DNA from: Lama glama
Lineage: Eukaryota
NCBI GenBank assembly: GCA_028534125.1
Contig: CM052816.1
Span: forward strand, 84,818,001-84,881,920
Length of the DNA stretch: 63,920 nucleotides
Direction of reading: 5' to 3'
The notes beneath the pieces were generated by a model. It searched no databases and had not been told where the DNA came from. It worked only from the letters and a program-made list of their open reading frames with translations. Positions 1 to 15,030 of this stretch are shown here, piece after piece. The position numbers and the translations under genes were made by a program. Numbering within the stretch: position 1 is the stretch's first letter; every line of letters begins with the position of its first letter.

Positions 1-2029
1 TCATAGCGTTTTGAGAATACAAACTGTGTCAATTATATTCAAAGAGTCTAAAAGATACCCTTAAAGAATAAATAGGACTCGAACTTTATTCTGCAGTTAA
101 ATACAGTGTTAACTAATTCATTAGCTAACATTGTTGGCTGGAGTAGGGAATATTGAGCCACTAACAACAAAAACAAAGTGGCTGTTGATAATGATTCAAG
201 CTTACCTTGAAATGGAACTCCAACTAATTGTGGGTGCTAATTTTAATAAGAGCAATTTATATTTTTGATGCAATGAAGCTTTTCCCCTTTCTATGGTAGG
301 CATTTTTTTCCCATACTAGGAGAATACTATATCGAAGGTATGTTCATTTAGAAACAACATACATCCAACCCCAGAATCATCAGCATTGCATGGTATGATG
401 TAAAAGATTCTTAGGAACATCAAATTAATTAATTAGAATTCCTACTCTCTTTGTTCCTATAGGGTCTAGGGGAGACAACTGCAGTATAGCTTTCAAAAAT
501 GAGGTTAAGCATTACTCTGATTTATAGTCTTGCTTTGTTGTCTTCAGAAAAGCCTGTGCTCATTTTGTTTTTAATAATAGTGGTTTGACTTACTTCAAAA
601 CAATTGAGGGATTTTTTTTATCACTTCAAAGAAAGGCATATTTCCTAACATCTATTTTTAGTGTAAGATAATCAACTCTAAGATCTTCAAATGGGTTTGT
701 TTGTTATCTGTAACAAATTCATGAGTTAGGGCATATGATTTTAGAATAGAAACCTATAGAGTTAAAAGCAGAGAATTGAAATACTACCCATTTAAAGGTG
801 GACTCCAACTGCTCATAATTGTTTGTGAATACAGAAAGTGAGAATAAGGAAGAAAAAGCCCTAATATTTCAGATTCATTTTCATGATCCATTGGCCAGCT
901 GCTACAAGGAGAATCATTAATGAAGCATGTGGTTTCGTGCTGTTTGGCCCCACAGCATGAGCCATGCTTCACCTTATGGTCACATTCTTTACTCGGTCCT
1001 AACATCAAAAAAGGTCCGTGTGTTTTGAACACATTAAAATAAGATATGTACATATTATTCAGCTTTCTTTGAAAATCACTGACAGCTACCACACCATTTG
1101 CAAGAGTGACAGCGTTCAGCGAAGCATTGTTCTGTGAAATAGAGTGCAGAATCACACAGTGTGAAAGGAAAAAATGTAAAAATTAAAAGTTTTCCGGAAG
1201 CTATTATTTAGTAAGGTTTTGTTAAGGAGTTAATACTGTAACAGCTCACCTGTAATTTTTGTTTCTTCTGAGAAAAATTGGCTTTTGCAAACAATCAGAT
1301 TGTAGTATTTATTATATGTTTTTGATGCTCCCATCATTTGCTAGTTTTGCATTGCATTTCTTAGGACTGCAGAAAACTATGCGGTCTTTGACATTACAGC
1401 TTACAATTGAGTGTTGACAGCATAACAATGAGATTTTCTTACGAAGGTTATTCTTACAAGCATTTAAAAATAGGAATTCATAAATGCACTTTAAGTTCTG
1501 GCTTGTCAAAAGTAAACAGCACTGCTTTTTCTTAGGCTAACCTACTGGTTACAGAGATTGCTTAGTTGACTTGAGGAGTGTGAATATGGAGCTCATTTTT
1601 TTTTTCTCTGCATCTTGTCTTGGTCTTGAAATTGAGATTGATTTTCAGATGCAAACAATTTGTAGAATTCCATCTGTGAATACTAGCTGTCATTAAAAGA
1701 TGAGTCTGTATCCTATGTTTATCTACTAAAACATGCCTTAACTCAGAATGTTTAACGTAAGTTAGAAAAGCCATTAAGTGTGCTTTCTGACATTATTTAG
1801 TTCATAGAGTTTGTTCTATGAATAATACATTGTGCATATAAGGAAATTAGAGAAATATAGTAACACAGAGGGCCACACTCCTGGCACTAGCTGAGTTAAA
1901 ATTATAGCCGAAGCACTTTCCTGGATATTGTGGATATAAGATAAACTCACTGTAGTTATCAAATGTTATATAAAGCATAATGGTAGTTTTAAAAATCCTT
2001 AGAAATGCCATGTTTTTCTTTTTTTCTCA

Positions 2030-2385
2030 GAATCTCTCATCTTTGTTTCCTCAGAAAGAAAGGACCTCAGGTCAATGGGAAGGTAACCTGCAGAGACGTT
2101 CTCAGGAAGGCCTGAGGGGAAGTAGGAACAGAGTGGGGAGTGGGACTTCAACGTTGTGGCACCAAAGGACTCAACTGGTCCAAACGTCAGCTTGGGAGCT
2201 GGGATGGATCTTGAGGCAAGGAGGCCAGGACTTAAAATCCAAGCAGAATTACTCACTGAATATGGGCTTCTCTGAGGACAAGATACAGCCTTGGGCAAGG
2301 TGGCTTTCTTCCTCTAAGAGCAATTCTGAGTGAGGGGCTCAGCTTTCAGTAGCTTGACAAGTTTCTGTCTACCAACACTTCTTTC
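2030..2385 (-). mobile_element. Old ERV-L class LTR fragment (LTR16-like)
   Basis: Purine-rich patch with LTR16-like motifs (CTTGGGCAAGGTGGCT, GAGGGGCTCAGCT), similar in character to the LTR at 22.6-23.0 kb. Confidence 0.5.
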
Positions 2386-4024
2386 CATGACTTTAGGCAT
2401 ATTCAAAACTTTGGTCTATCATTTAAAGTCTAGCATTGTTTTCATAATTAATGTATGATATTAACTTAGATACTGGAAGAGATCAGAAAGTTTTCACCCA
2501 TTTCAAACAATGAAAATGCTATTTATTAATTTTTCCTATGCTGCTAATGATACTGATGGCTTATGCATATGTGTGTTGTTACATTTGGGGGTATTGATAT
2601 TTGTCAAAAAAGCATTACACGGTCAATTTTCGGTAAGAAATCACCTAACAGTTTTATTAGGAGTTTGAACACATGTTTAACCAGCAGGAAATAAATACTA
2701 ACATGGAAAAAAAAAAGATTAAAAAAAAATCTTAGAGAAAATACAGCATTTAAAATGGCTGAATATATCTCATTATGAAAAATGTATTAGGTAAATTTTA
2801 AAAAGAAAAAAAAGCTACATTTTAAATCACCCAGTAAACTTACATAAAAATGTCACATTTGTGCTTAGCAATATGATAACATATAAGTAAACTGAGATTC
2901 AAAGAGGATAAAGAATTTTGCCATTTAGTTAAAAACATGAAAATGTGATCATGCTCCATATTCTCTTGAGAAACTTCTATTTAAAATTAGTGAAATCCAT
3001 TATGTAAGAGTAAAAAAGGGTGGAGAAAAAAATCACAAAAGAAGGAAAAAAAGAGGAGACACTGCCTTTGCACATTATAATATGTGGTAAAGAAAGAGAG
3101 ACACATGAACATGCATTAACTTGATGGATCTCTATACCCCACATTTTGAACTGTAGTTAGTTAAGTGGTTCAACAAAAGTGAGCACCTATTATGTACAAG
3201 GGACAGACACATAAATCACCACTCACAGGGGCTACCTTTTGGAAATTAGGGATTCCTCTCCTTAATTAGAGTCTCTTTAACTTTAAGAAATGCAATGGTA
3301 TAGAAATAAAGCTTTTTTGTTTTGTTTTGCTTTTCCAAAGAGAGCTTGCTTTTGTTGTTTTCCTTAAAAGCTCGTATAATAACTGATAATATATATACAT
3401 GTAACGTTAGGGCTATCATTCAATAAGCTGTAACAAACAATTATGAGTTTAAGATTTTAAAAAGTCTATTTGCAACTGATTGCATAATGACATTTTGACT
3501 TAAGAATCATTCAATTTCATGGAATTAATAACTTGGTAGTGGTTAGGCAGATATTACTGTATATCTTTCAGAAAGACATTTGGTGCATTTCTAGAGTTCA
3601 TATTCTTATCTTTTTGATATATAAACTTAATTCTAATGTAACTTCCAGTATGCCTTTGTCTGAGGCTTTCCCTCTGGCTTCTGCATGTTCTAAAATTTAG
3701 CAAGAAAAGTTACATGAAATGTTAATGTTTAGATATGAAGTTCTGAATACAAAGTCATGTGAGAAAGTAAACATGATTTCTAGAGCCTAATTATTGTCAA
3801 AACAGAACACAGAATAAAGTTTAAACTTTTTATATGTAATTTTTAGAGGTATAGGCCTAAGGGCTGAGCAAGAAAAAATAAAAGAGGAACAAATGTGTAA
3901 AATAGAATATATGTGTATAGAGAAAATTCTTCTATATTTTTCCAACATTTTATTTAAGATGTTCAAACATTCTGCAAAAGTGAAAGAAATTTACAATGGC
4001 TATGCATCATCTACTATTAATAGT

Positions 4025-4473
4025 TGTGAAATAAAATTCACATTTTATGATAAGACAAAAAAAAATTCAACATAAAATTTTTCTCTGCCCTTTGGCTTCC
4101 CCTCTCCCCGCTACTGTGTGTTGTGTATCCACCTTATGCATCTATCAAACTCCCCTCATTGGCAGAAATACTTCTCAAAAATAGCCATATTCCCCTAGCA
4201 TCAACAAGACAACTCCTTAAAAGATAACATTCCTTCTTGACCTTGTAATGACCCACCACTTTGTACCTGCAGATCTAGACTGTGTAAACTGTCAATAACA
4301 CATATTGTACAGCCCTCTGTCTCAAAAAAACTATATAACTGTGCTTTGTCTTGTAATGGGTGGAACAGTTCTAGAAGCTTTCTGAGAGGCTGTTCCCAGG
4401 TTATAATCCTCCATCTGGCTCTAATAAAACTTTTCACCTCATTTTTAAATCGACTGATTAATTTTGGTTGATA
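4025..4473 (+). mobile_element. ERV1-class solo LTR
   Basis: Starts with TG and ends TTGATA (decayed ...CA). TATATAA 4332-4338 and AATAAA 4423-4428. Imperfect 4-bp TSD TAGT/TATT. Appears to interrupt an older L1 3' fragment. Confidence 0.75.
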
Positions 4474-7400
4474 TATTTTTCTCTAATATCCTACATTAAT
4501 ATGTTTACTTAAAAATATATCTGCCCATTTATCCAGCCCTTTTCCATTCATGCTTCTTTTTCATGTATTTTAAAGTTAATGTTATTATTTTTAAACTGTT
4601 AGTCAAGATTCTTATGATAGCTGCGCCAATCATTGCAAAAATATTTTCTCAATCAATCCTGCCTTGAACACTCTATTCTATTTAATACTGCAACTCTCCC
4701 AAACCCCACTCTCCCACACTCAAGGCATCCAAATTCTTATTACATCATCTATATTTTTATATACTCCTTACCATTTCCCAGCTAACTATGACAGTGTAAA
4801 CACTATAAAGGCAGGAATTTCTGTCTTTAATGCTCTGATTTATTTGAAAAGCCTAGAGGAGAATCTGGTGCATAATATGACCTCAATATATATTGTTTGC
4901 ATTTTATTGTGTGTATATATAATGACACAGATGTCTCATTGCACAGTATCCTCAAGTTTATAGGTTATAACTTCAAGTTTCCATTTGCAGTCTTATAATT
5001 TTAAGATACTTATATAACTGCAAATTGATCCTCAAGCCCGTTCCCAATAATGTCTTCCATTAATTTAAAAACTTTTCTTCAATTTCTTTCTAAAGTTATA
5101 TCTCTGTCCTGGAGCTCTGACTTCCAGGTATAGTTTTAATTAAGAATAATTACGAATAAACTGAGTTCATCCTTAGTTTGCATGTCTACTACCAATTTAA
5201 TTTCCATTTGTTGATTCTGCTATTATCTATTGCCAAATTCCTACTACTTGTTTCTGCTACTTTTTCTAGTTGTTTGTACTACTTCTATGTTGACACAGAT
5301 ATCAAAATTAATAAGGTAATTGAATACCACAGACATATAAACATATATAGTCTTTCTCTCTTCTCTCCATGTCTCTGTCTGGAAGACCGTACATAATTTT
5401 CAAGATGGAAAGAGTAATGTTAGAATGACAAAGCAGTAGGCTGGGGTTTTGATAGTGCTCCTAGTCTTTGTCATGCCCTCAAATTGACACAAAGCAGGGC
5501 TCCTATGCTTCTTATTTTAAGCTGTGCAGTGCTTCGCTGTTTTGACAATCTGTTTATTATGATGAGGTCTCAGCTTTGACTTAATCTTGACATCAGTTGG
5601 CTTTTAGCTGAAAATCTGCAATTGAGATGGTGAAGCTGTCACTCTTGTTGACCTTTTAACAGCCTGGTGACAGAGACTCATTCCCTTTTGCTAGACTTTA
5701 GTTAACCAGAGATTCTGTGGGCCAGTTTAAATCAGAGATTTGGAAACAGAAGCTAACAACCTGACAAATAGGATTAAAACATTCAATGTGTGAAAACATG
5801 CTTGTTATTCCAGCAGATGATAGAAGAATTTTGGGCTGGCTTGCATAAGCTGCTTTTCAAAATACATGAGCCAAATTCAGCAGATAATTTTTTATTTTTC
5901 CCTTTGACTTTGCTTGTGAACATGCCTCCTAAAAGTAAAACTGTTCAATTTAGAGAATAGAATATTTTAGACTAAAAACTTCCCTGATAAAATTCAAGGT
6001 CAATGGACGTTGGATGTCACAAATTAAAAATATGTATATAAATAGAGAGTGTTTTATATGGCTTCAATATAAAATACTTTTTAAAAATATTGCAAAGACA
6101 AATATCTTTAAATTGTTAAAGCTTAAAAAAACAACATCCAATAATAAGGTTTCAAAAACACTTAACATAAATTACTTATATAGCAATATACATTTCCTAT
6201 AGTTACATTAGTGTGATCTAAACTTAAACTATTGAAAATATGAAACTATTGGTATTTATTCCTTAATAACATTTATAGGAAAGAGTGCTTGTATTATATG
6301 TTCCATTTTTATCAAAAATCTCATGCTCTTCAATTGTATATGATTACCCTATGAGATTCTCAGAAAAAGTGTATTCATGATCTATATTTTAGGGTCATAT
6401 TTTCTGTCCTTTCCTTACAATTTTCCCTTGTAATCCTTCTCCATTACATGCCTGATTCATATTAATCCTTTAATAGTAATTCTACCTCATCATTATAATA
6501 AATCATTTTAATGAGCATTTTTAAAAACACTTCTGACATTCTTCTCAAGCATTTAATAGCACAAATTAAGTAAATGGCAAATCATGATTTCTTTTGTATT
6601 CTCTGTGATAATGTTATTCATAAGACATTATTTTGGCACTTGTGTGAATGCAGCTCTCTATTTCCATGGAAATTTATTTTTATTTTGTTCTTAATTAAGT
6701 CAAATTGACTCATTGTTCTAGATGGTTTAGTTAACTGGCTCAGGGTACCTAAGAAATTATTCAGGTACAAATGGGAAAAAAGAAGTTTCACACTTTTAAC
6801 AAGTGGTTTTTTGTCCTGTTCAACATTTAAAAAGGCATTAATAATTAAAATTTAGGAGAATTTATATAGCATTCAGAATTTCTGCCTTATGTTCAAAAAG
6901 ATCGGCTGAGGGGGATGCAGGAATAAAATTTGCATTTGGAGTGTGTTCTCCAGTTTAAGGATGCATTTAACTTTCATACTGCGCTGCTTCACTACTTTAT
7001 ATTAACTTCTTATCTCTTATAGGCCAATGAGATTGCATCGGCCATGACAGGATTTTTAAGAGTATTGGGGAAACCCTGTCCCTGTGTCACCTGCTAAGAC
7101 TGGTTTGTCATCTATCAAGATTAGTTCTAATCTCAGTATAGGTACAGGGCCTAGTAACTAATATTCTTATCACTAGCCAGGTACTTAGGTAGAGTACAAT
7201 TTGTCAGGATTTTAGTAAACTAAGAAGGAACTATCTGTAACAGAATCAACCATTCGCCTGGACGAAACTCCTAGTCTTGGTTACAGGCAGGATACGCTCC
7301 CACCAGACAGATGTGGAAAATAAATTGGCTGCTTGTGATTCTCTGAGTTCACGACAATTGCTAGATCATAGAAAAATGCTTGAATTGGGAAAATATTATG

Positions 7401-10400
7401 GAACAAAGTTGGTTTTTAAGATATTGTCAGAAGAAAAAACTTAAAATATTCCAACTATCACAGTCCTTGATGGTGACCAAGTTTTGTTTTTTTTGGGGGG
7501 GGGGTTGTTTTTGGGTTTTTTTCTTTTATACTTAAAGAAGATTCTGAACTTTACTCTTTCAACTCATTCAAGATACTAGCATCAGAATTGGGAGTTTAAT
7601 TTTTATTGGATCAACTTTTCTAATATTATAAAATATAATATTTCAAGTAAGCACATTTTCTAGCTAGGAATTATTGCTGACTATAAGGTTTGTTGTCATT
7701 GTTTCTAAAAAAAAAAAAGATGAAATAATTAAACTCCCTTGACACAATTTAATTTCCTCATCTTGCAAAGATGAGCTCTAAAAAGCCATCATACATCAGT
7801 TCACCCTGCAATACCCTTATCCCTATTGATAAACCTTTATATTAGCTATCGTTTAGTTTTTAATCTTTCTTTTGCATTTTCACTATGATTGAAAAGAAAG
7901 CCCATCATCTGCAAACACACAAATTCTTGTTTGGCCATTTTTGGTGATGTGCAAGAAATTGTCTAGACTTTGCCCTTTACAGTGTGATCTCCAGCAAAAA
8001 ATTGCCCTTCTGGGCTTCTCTTTTTCAGCTTTAAGTGTGATAATAACTACTTAGTTGGTGCACCCCATAAGGATGTTTTGAGCATAAGGGATGATTAAGT
8101 TAAAAATCAAAGACAAATATTAACAGAAGACTTTCATGCACTCACAAAGCAGTCTTCAGAAGAATTCAATACAAGAGCAATGAGTTGAGTTTTCATTTTT
8201 CTTTTAAATAATTACTTACTGACTAACTCACATTTTTAGGGGCAGATTCAAAAATATTTTTTCAGACTCTGGATCTGGAATTTGTACTAATTTACATATT
8301 TTAAAGCAATATAAGTTTTATAATTGAAGCTTCCTTTACAACAGAGAAACATTTTTAGGTTAGATGAAAATGCATGTATTCTGCTAGTCATGAAACTTAG
8401 TAAATGCTAATACTTAGCATAATACCCTGATACTTAGTAAAATGCTTCTTAGGCTATGAAATATTCTACCTTTAGGTAACAAGTACTCATACTTTTTCTT
8501 TGGTCCTCTCTAAACCTTTTGTAGTACTTTTAGGTATTTGTGAATAGGCTTCTATTTAAAAGTGGACATTGGTATTTCTGTATTGCAGAAAAGAAAAATG
8601 TTTTACATAACTTTGCCTTTTTTCTTAGTCTATATTATAATTTGTATTTGACTATGAATATGAATGTAAGAAACATGAGGAATTCAGGCCAGTAACTGCT
8701 AACCCAGTTTTAATCACAGGGGAACTTGGTAGTTAGTGTCAAGTTTCCAGATAATTTATCATTAATTTGACATTGACAATATAACTGGGTATCATGTTGT
8801 TACATTTTGAAGTAGAAATTTGTAAGAAATCATGTCTCTGAAAAAAAGGTGATGCTTATGCAATTAAAATAATAGTCTTCATCTTAAAGTTGGCTCTTAT
8901 TATCCATTAGAATTAAACTCTTGCCAACTCAGAAAATCCTACAAGAGTCAAATAGCCCTCAGGACACCAAACTCCAGCCAATAATATGCCATGAGGCCAG
9001 CAGTTCTTGCAAACAGTAAGGACGTGACCGCTAATATTTGTGTTTTTCCTGGACTTCTAATCAGAAGTGGCCTTAGGAATAGCTCATATTAATTCCCCAA
9101 GGCTCTGAAGGAGTTTATAGCTTTGTTTCCTCAGTAGCTAAATTGTTAGTACTTATCAAACCTTATACCTCAAACTTTTACTGTAAATTTATCTTCACTA
9201 GTTTTTCTCATACTGCTTGTGTCAAGAAATTACTTAAGCATATTGGGAGCTAAATTAATACAACTAGTCCTTAAATATAGTTATTCAAATGCTGTGGTAT
9301 ATCTAAAAGAAAAAAATATGCCTCAGTGTTGGGAAAATATTCTAGAATTTTTCAGATTCTCAAATTTATATGATCATTTCTATCTCTGAAAAACAGATCT
9401 AGTTTTCTTATCTCAGTGGTTTGCTTACTACTTTTTAGCTAAGTTTGTTATTAAAATGAAAACATCAAGTTAAAGGATATTGCAAATAAAACACCAAATT
9501 AAAAAATAAGAATCTATTTTGTTAAATTAATTTCAAGATTAACTTAATGAAAAAAATGAAGGACTTTCCATATAAGAATAGCATATTTGTTTATAAGAAT
9601 GAAGGGACATAATAAAGCCATTCAAATAGCTAAACTTGTACCTCAATTTTTTTAAAAAAGTTTTAGAAAAATCATATATTGTTAGTAAAAGAAGACTTAT
9701 AATTAGAAAAAAATGTGGATTTCATTATTATAAGTAGAAAGTGCTGGCTAGCGACATATTTAAAGTGGATAAAAGTGTCAAAGTAATATATTTTTGTTCA
9801 AATAAACTTATTTTATCAAGACTTGAGTCGCTAAGGAAAACATAAGCATTCCATTTTCACTAATGAGTATTGTACATTATCATTACATGCATTGAGACTC
9901 TTCATATGCTTCAGTTATTTATGAATTATTGTTAGATTTTGTAAGTCAGAAAACAATAGCAATTGTGAAAAGTAATTTGGTTCAATAATTATATTAGTTT
10001 ATACAGATTATTCAAAGGCAACATTAAGATCTTCTTAAAGGTGGAATGAATTAAAAAAACTACTACACTAAAAAGTAATTTCTTTTTTCTGTAACCTAGA
10101 CACAAAACTATACTTATATTTCCATTAACTTTTCTACTTGCAATGCTCAAATATTCAGTTTAGAACAACTGAAAAGGATATTTTCTAAGTTACCAAATTA
10201 TAAAATATTATATGGTATAGCCAAAATTATGTTTATCTTTAAGGAATAAATTTTAGTACAGTTTTAGTCACTAGTAAGAGCACTTAATTATGAGAAGGAA
10301 GAAATGTTGATTTTATTAGCTGAGCTATTTGAGGTTGACATTTTGAATACTTTGAAACTATTCTAGGACTTGTGTTTTTATACTAAATGAGAAAGAATTC

Positions 10401-10629
10401 TGCACTGAAAAATCTCTTAAACTGATACTGTACCTCAATTATTTTATGCTTTAGAACTTGGTACATTTCATAAACTGTTTCACTTGAAATATTAAATTTA
10501 CCACTTGGTTGAGAATAAAAGGCCAAATAGTTCATCTTGAACATACAAACATGTAAAGGACAGGGAATGTTGTATGTTTAACAGATTATTTCCTTCAGGT
10601 CCATTTTCTGCCCATAATGTATCTATGTT

Positions 10630-12170
10630 TGCTACTCTATGCTACAGTTAAAAGGCAGAAATTATTATTACTTGGAAAAATAATATTGCATACTTTGTTG
10701 ATTATAAATAAAGATCAGTTGAACATAAAAACTAGGAAAATAAAGATATACCATATAAGCATTAATTATCAGAAAGCCAGGGTAACTATAGCAGTATCAG
10801 AAAAGAAGTCAACTTCTAGAAAAAGAATATTTTCATCGATAAAGATTCATATTTCATCATGATGGAAGACTCAATCTTAAAGACAGTAAAAAACCTAAAT
10901 CTGCATTATTTTTAAAAGAACAAAATCAGTGAAACATATAATGGACAACCAATATAGAAAATCAGTGAAATTAAAGATGGTTGTTTGAAAACCTCAATAA
11001 AATAAATAAATCTCTGCTGACAAAAATATATATTTATAACTTACTATTAACAATAATGGAAAGAGAGAAAGAAATTCTAACTTATTTTATAAAGCCAGAA
11101 TTACTGTTATACAAAATCCAAAGTAGAATATTACAAGAGTGGAAAAAATCATTATCATCTCAAGATACGTAGAAAAGTATTTGACCAAATTCAACACCCA
11201 GAAAACTAGAGAAAGGAAAACTACCTGATAAAGGACAGTATGAAAAGCCAGCAGCAATCACCCAAATTAATAGTTTAACAACTTAATATGTTCCCCAAAT
11301 TATTGAAAAATAAGACAATGATTTCCACTTACATTCTTATTCAACTTTTTACTGAAGGACATACCCAACACAAAAAGGACATACCCAACACATAGCCAAC
11401 ACAAAAAGAAACAAAATGCATACAGATGAGACATAGAATTTTCTTGAATCATAAGATAATATAAACATATATATATTAAGGATATATGTGACTCTCCTAA
11501 GAAGTCTACAAAGTACTATTAGAAATAAGCTAATTAGCAAGGCCACAGGATATAAAATCAATATACAACAAGAAAAAGAAAACACAGATATTTAGCATTA
11601 AATTTAAGAACCTAAAATAAAAAAGGGAATTTTGAAAATGAAGAACAAAAGTGGAGGACCTAATCTATCTGATTTTAAGATTTTCCAGTAAGCCACTGTA
11701 AACAAGAGAATATGGCATCAATATAAAAGCAGACATAAACATAGAACAGGTAGAACAAAATAGAGGGTCCACAAAAACACTGACACACATAATCATTTGA
11801 TACTCTATAAAGGTGCCAATGTAATTCAATTAGGGGTAGAGTCTTCACCAAAAAAAAAGAACTTAAAAAAAAAAAAAAAGCATGCAGAACTTCTATATAC
11901 TCACATGAAAAAAACCCCCAGAAATCTTGATCAGTGTCTCACACCACCTACAACATTTACCTCCATATAGAACATGTACCAATACATAAACATGGACATT
12001 CTAACCTAGGGTTGTAGAAATGTTCATATCTTGAGATACTCTTCAGTATAAAAAAAGGACCAAACTACTGATTCACATAAAATGTTATGCTGAGTGGAAG
12101 TCAGATGCAAAAAAAGAATATCCTGTGTGATTACCATCTATGTAAAGTTCTAGAAAGGGAGGAAAAAGCT
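10630..12170 (+). mobile_element. Ancient degraded L1 (L1M/L1ME-type), ORF2 pieces and 3' region
   Basis: A-rich. AGAAAAGTATTTGACCAAATTCAACACCC matches the ORF2 EKAFDKIQHP motif, and later segments match the C-terminal part of ORF2. Many deletions. Confidence 0.8.
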
Positions 12171-14814
12171 ATACATAAGTATTTATTCACATGCAAGGAC
12201 AAAGAAGGTTTGTTCAGTTAAATTTCTTACTTTGAGTTTTCGATTCTCCTATGTTAATAAATCTTTATAAATCTAAGACAGAATTATTTGACCTGTTGTT
12301 TAATTATTTTACTTTTGTTCACTTTTTAAATTATTGGAGTCTCAAGAAATTTCACATTTTGTGGAAGGTGACTCTCCTTATGATTTGGTAAAAAAATGTT
12401 AAATGAAAACAGTCACAAAAAAAATTGGTTGTGCTTTCAATTTGGTCAATAATGAGTATCTCCAATTAGGAGTTGGTACCTAGGATGACACTAAAAATAT
12501 TGAAGTCTATGTGTATAAACATTATCAAAATTCTTCCTCCTATTCCCTTCCTCTTTTCTTGTACTGCTACAGATGGCAATTTGCTGTTGTATTGGATAGG
12601 GAGTTACAGACGAAGACATTTAGAAATAAAAGATTGCAGCTTTGTGTAGATAATATTAGGGAAGGAGAAAAGATGCAGGGAGAGACAACTATCAGGGAAT
12701 AGTGAGAGCAAAGAGAGAGAGACAACCTAATAAGTGGCTGGGAGAGGAGTTTGGGAAATATAAAAATGAAATATGAACAGAAGAGCTAACCTGATGTGGC
12801 ATACCATCCAGTAGTGGGAATTTTAGGAAGATTTTGCTGTATGTCATGTGTTATCATTTTCTTTTTTTTTTTTTTCTTTCTTGAGATGTTTCATACAAAG
12901 ATATATTAATTTTCACTTAAAAATCAGATTTATGTTTGTTTTGATCTATTCCTATGCAGGGGTTTTCTTCAAGTGGCTCCATTTCATTTGTATATTGGGT
13001 TATGATATGGCATTAAAAAATTAGGCATTTAGATGCATTTATAGCAATTCATCAGAAATTGAGCCTCTCACTCTTGGTTGTGACTTTTTCGAATTTCAGA
13101 ATTTGTGTCTAATTTATTTTCCATTATGTAGTGCTGTTAAAAATTCACTCATAATAGTTAATAATTATAAACAATTATACCTACAACAGGAACACTGTTG
13201 ATGAAATAAGATTGGTTAAAAAAACTAGTATATATAGTGAAATGAAAGATCACAAAGACTTAACTGTTATGATGCATTTTTTACTATTTGGCAGAGTTAA
13301 AAAACAATCATGACATCATTGACAAAGACTTTAAAGATTCCATCAAGCAAACCACAAAATAAAAATTTATATTCTATTTTATTCTTTTCATTTCTCCTAA
13401 CTTCATAGCTTCCTCTTATTGAGAAAGTAATGCAAACTCATTACAAGAAAACCAGAAGATATGGATACAACAAAAGAACATACAGAAAAATCATAATCTC
13501 AGTCATCTTGTGCTGGGTTTGGTGCTTATCTTTCTACATCACTTTATTTGTATATTATGATTAATAAGATTATTACATAGAATCCTATTGCATATGCAAT
13601 GTATAACTTCACCATAATCCACTTAACAAAGCCTCTAAATGTGAGGCTGTTAGGCTTTGTTTTGGCCCAGTGTGGGATGGTTTAATGACTAGGACTAGGA
13701 GTGATATACACCAACTTGCTCACATTCCATTGGCCAGCTTTTAGTTATATGGCTGTTATTATAGTTACATAGCTGTATCTAGGGACTAGAGAAATGAGAA
13801 AAGTGATCTATCTGTACTGTAGTGCCTCTAGATTTTCTCAGCTGTGAGCAGAAAGCACTAAATAGAAATAATTGCCTAAAATGTAATATTTGAAAGGTAA
13901 ATGAAACAAACTAAAAAAATAAAAAATAAACTTATTTAAAATACAGATCAGTACAAATTTCTCCAACTGGTATGCGAAAAATAAGATGAGTGAGTGTAAT
14001 CATTTTTGACCAGACATAATTATAACTGATTTGTTATAAATTGTAAAGAAAAGCACAATTTAATCAGTTCCTTTGATTTATTCTGTGCATATTTATCTTA
14101 CATAGTTTTAAAAAATATATCTAAATGTACCCATTGTATCACTTGCATTTATAAAGAAGTAGGTATTAAGAACTTAAAAATTAAATAAAATACCATAAAT
14201 AAAATAATTTTTAAAAACTTTTACAGACTTCGTCACTGGTGAAGATACAGTTTAAGCAGTTATATTATCCTTGATGTTCAGTTTCTCCTTGATATTTTTT
14301 CCTACAGCAAAAGATTCTGATAGAGTCAAATATAATTGAATAAGTGAGAAATTATATCCTTCTATGCAAAGAATGCCAAACAATTTTTCAATTTATGTGT
14401 CAATTTAATTTGTTACTTATTTTTTATATTCAACCCATGTGTGTTAATTAGTAAGTTTTGTCATTACTGTGGCCCTGTCTTTGCAGATGGTGATTGTTTT
14501 AAATACCATTGTGTCAGGCTTTTCTCTCTCACCCTGATGTTGGCAGGTGAAATTAGAATTGTAATAGATCAACTGGGACAGTGGTTTGGATAAACATAAG
14601 GTTAGAAAATGGATCTCACACATATACTATCTATGAGGACTGAAGCATCATTGTGCTCACTGCTGTGTGCTTGGCAATTATTATGTTTCCTACTACATAG
14701 TAATAAATGTTTGATAACAAGATATTGAATTTTGCCCTACTGGCTTTGAGAAGTGTATTCTAAGCTTTTGGTTGAGAAATAAATGGCACACCTATGTTTT
14801 TGCTATATACAGAA

Positions 14815-15030
14815 AGAGGCAGTAATTTATAGTGGTGAAGTTGTTTATTATGGGGACAGACTGCCTGGGCTCAAATCCCTGATCTGCCATTTATAAACTG
14901 TATGATCTTCGGCAAGATGCTAACCGCTGAAAAAATTTTTCAAGTAGAAAAATGGAAGATAATAATAGTTCATATCTAACATGGCAGGTGTGATAATCTA
15001 ATGTGTTTATATCAGTTCTTAAGACCTGGT
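14815..15030 (+). mobile_element. MIR SINE
   Basis: CAGACTGCCTGGGCTCAAATCCCTGATCTGCCATTTATAAACTGTATGATCTTCGGCAAG followed by AAAATGGAAGATAATAATAG, matching the MIR head and core. Confidence 0.8.

Noticed and set aside
784..1155. 123-aa minus-strand ORF
   Set aside because: It starts at a non-ATG codon, has no recognisable domain and has no supporting gene structure. An ORF this long can occur by chance in 64 kb.
1980..2333. Overlapping 117-aa and 99-aa ORFs
   Set aside because: They lie within a GC-richer LTR-like fragment, and I recognise no protein similarity.
5559..5611. C/D box snoRNA-like motif pair (ATGATGA...CTGA)
   Set aside because: Only about 53 nt long, with no convincing terminal stem, D'/C' boxes or recognisable guide sequence.
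13625..13661. 10-bp inverted repeat AACAAAGCCT/AGGCTTTGTT
   Set aside because: Isolated and too short for a pre-miRNA; compatible with chance.
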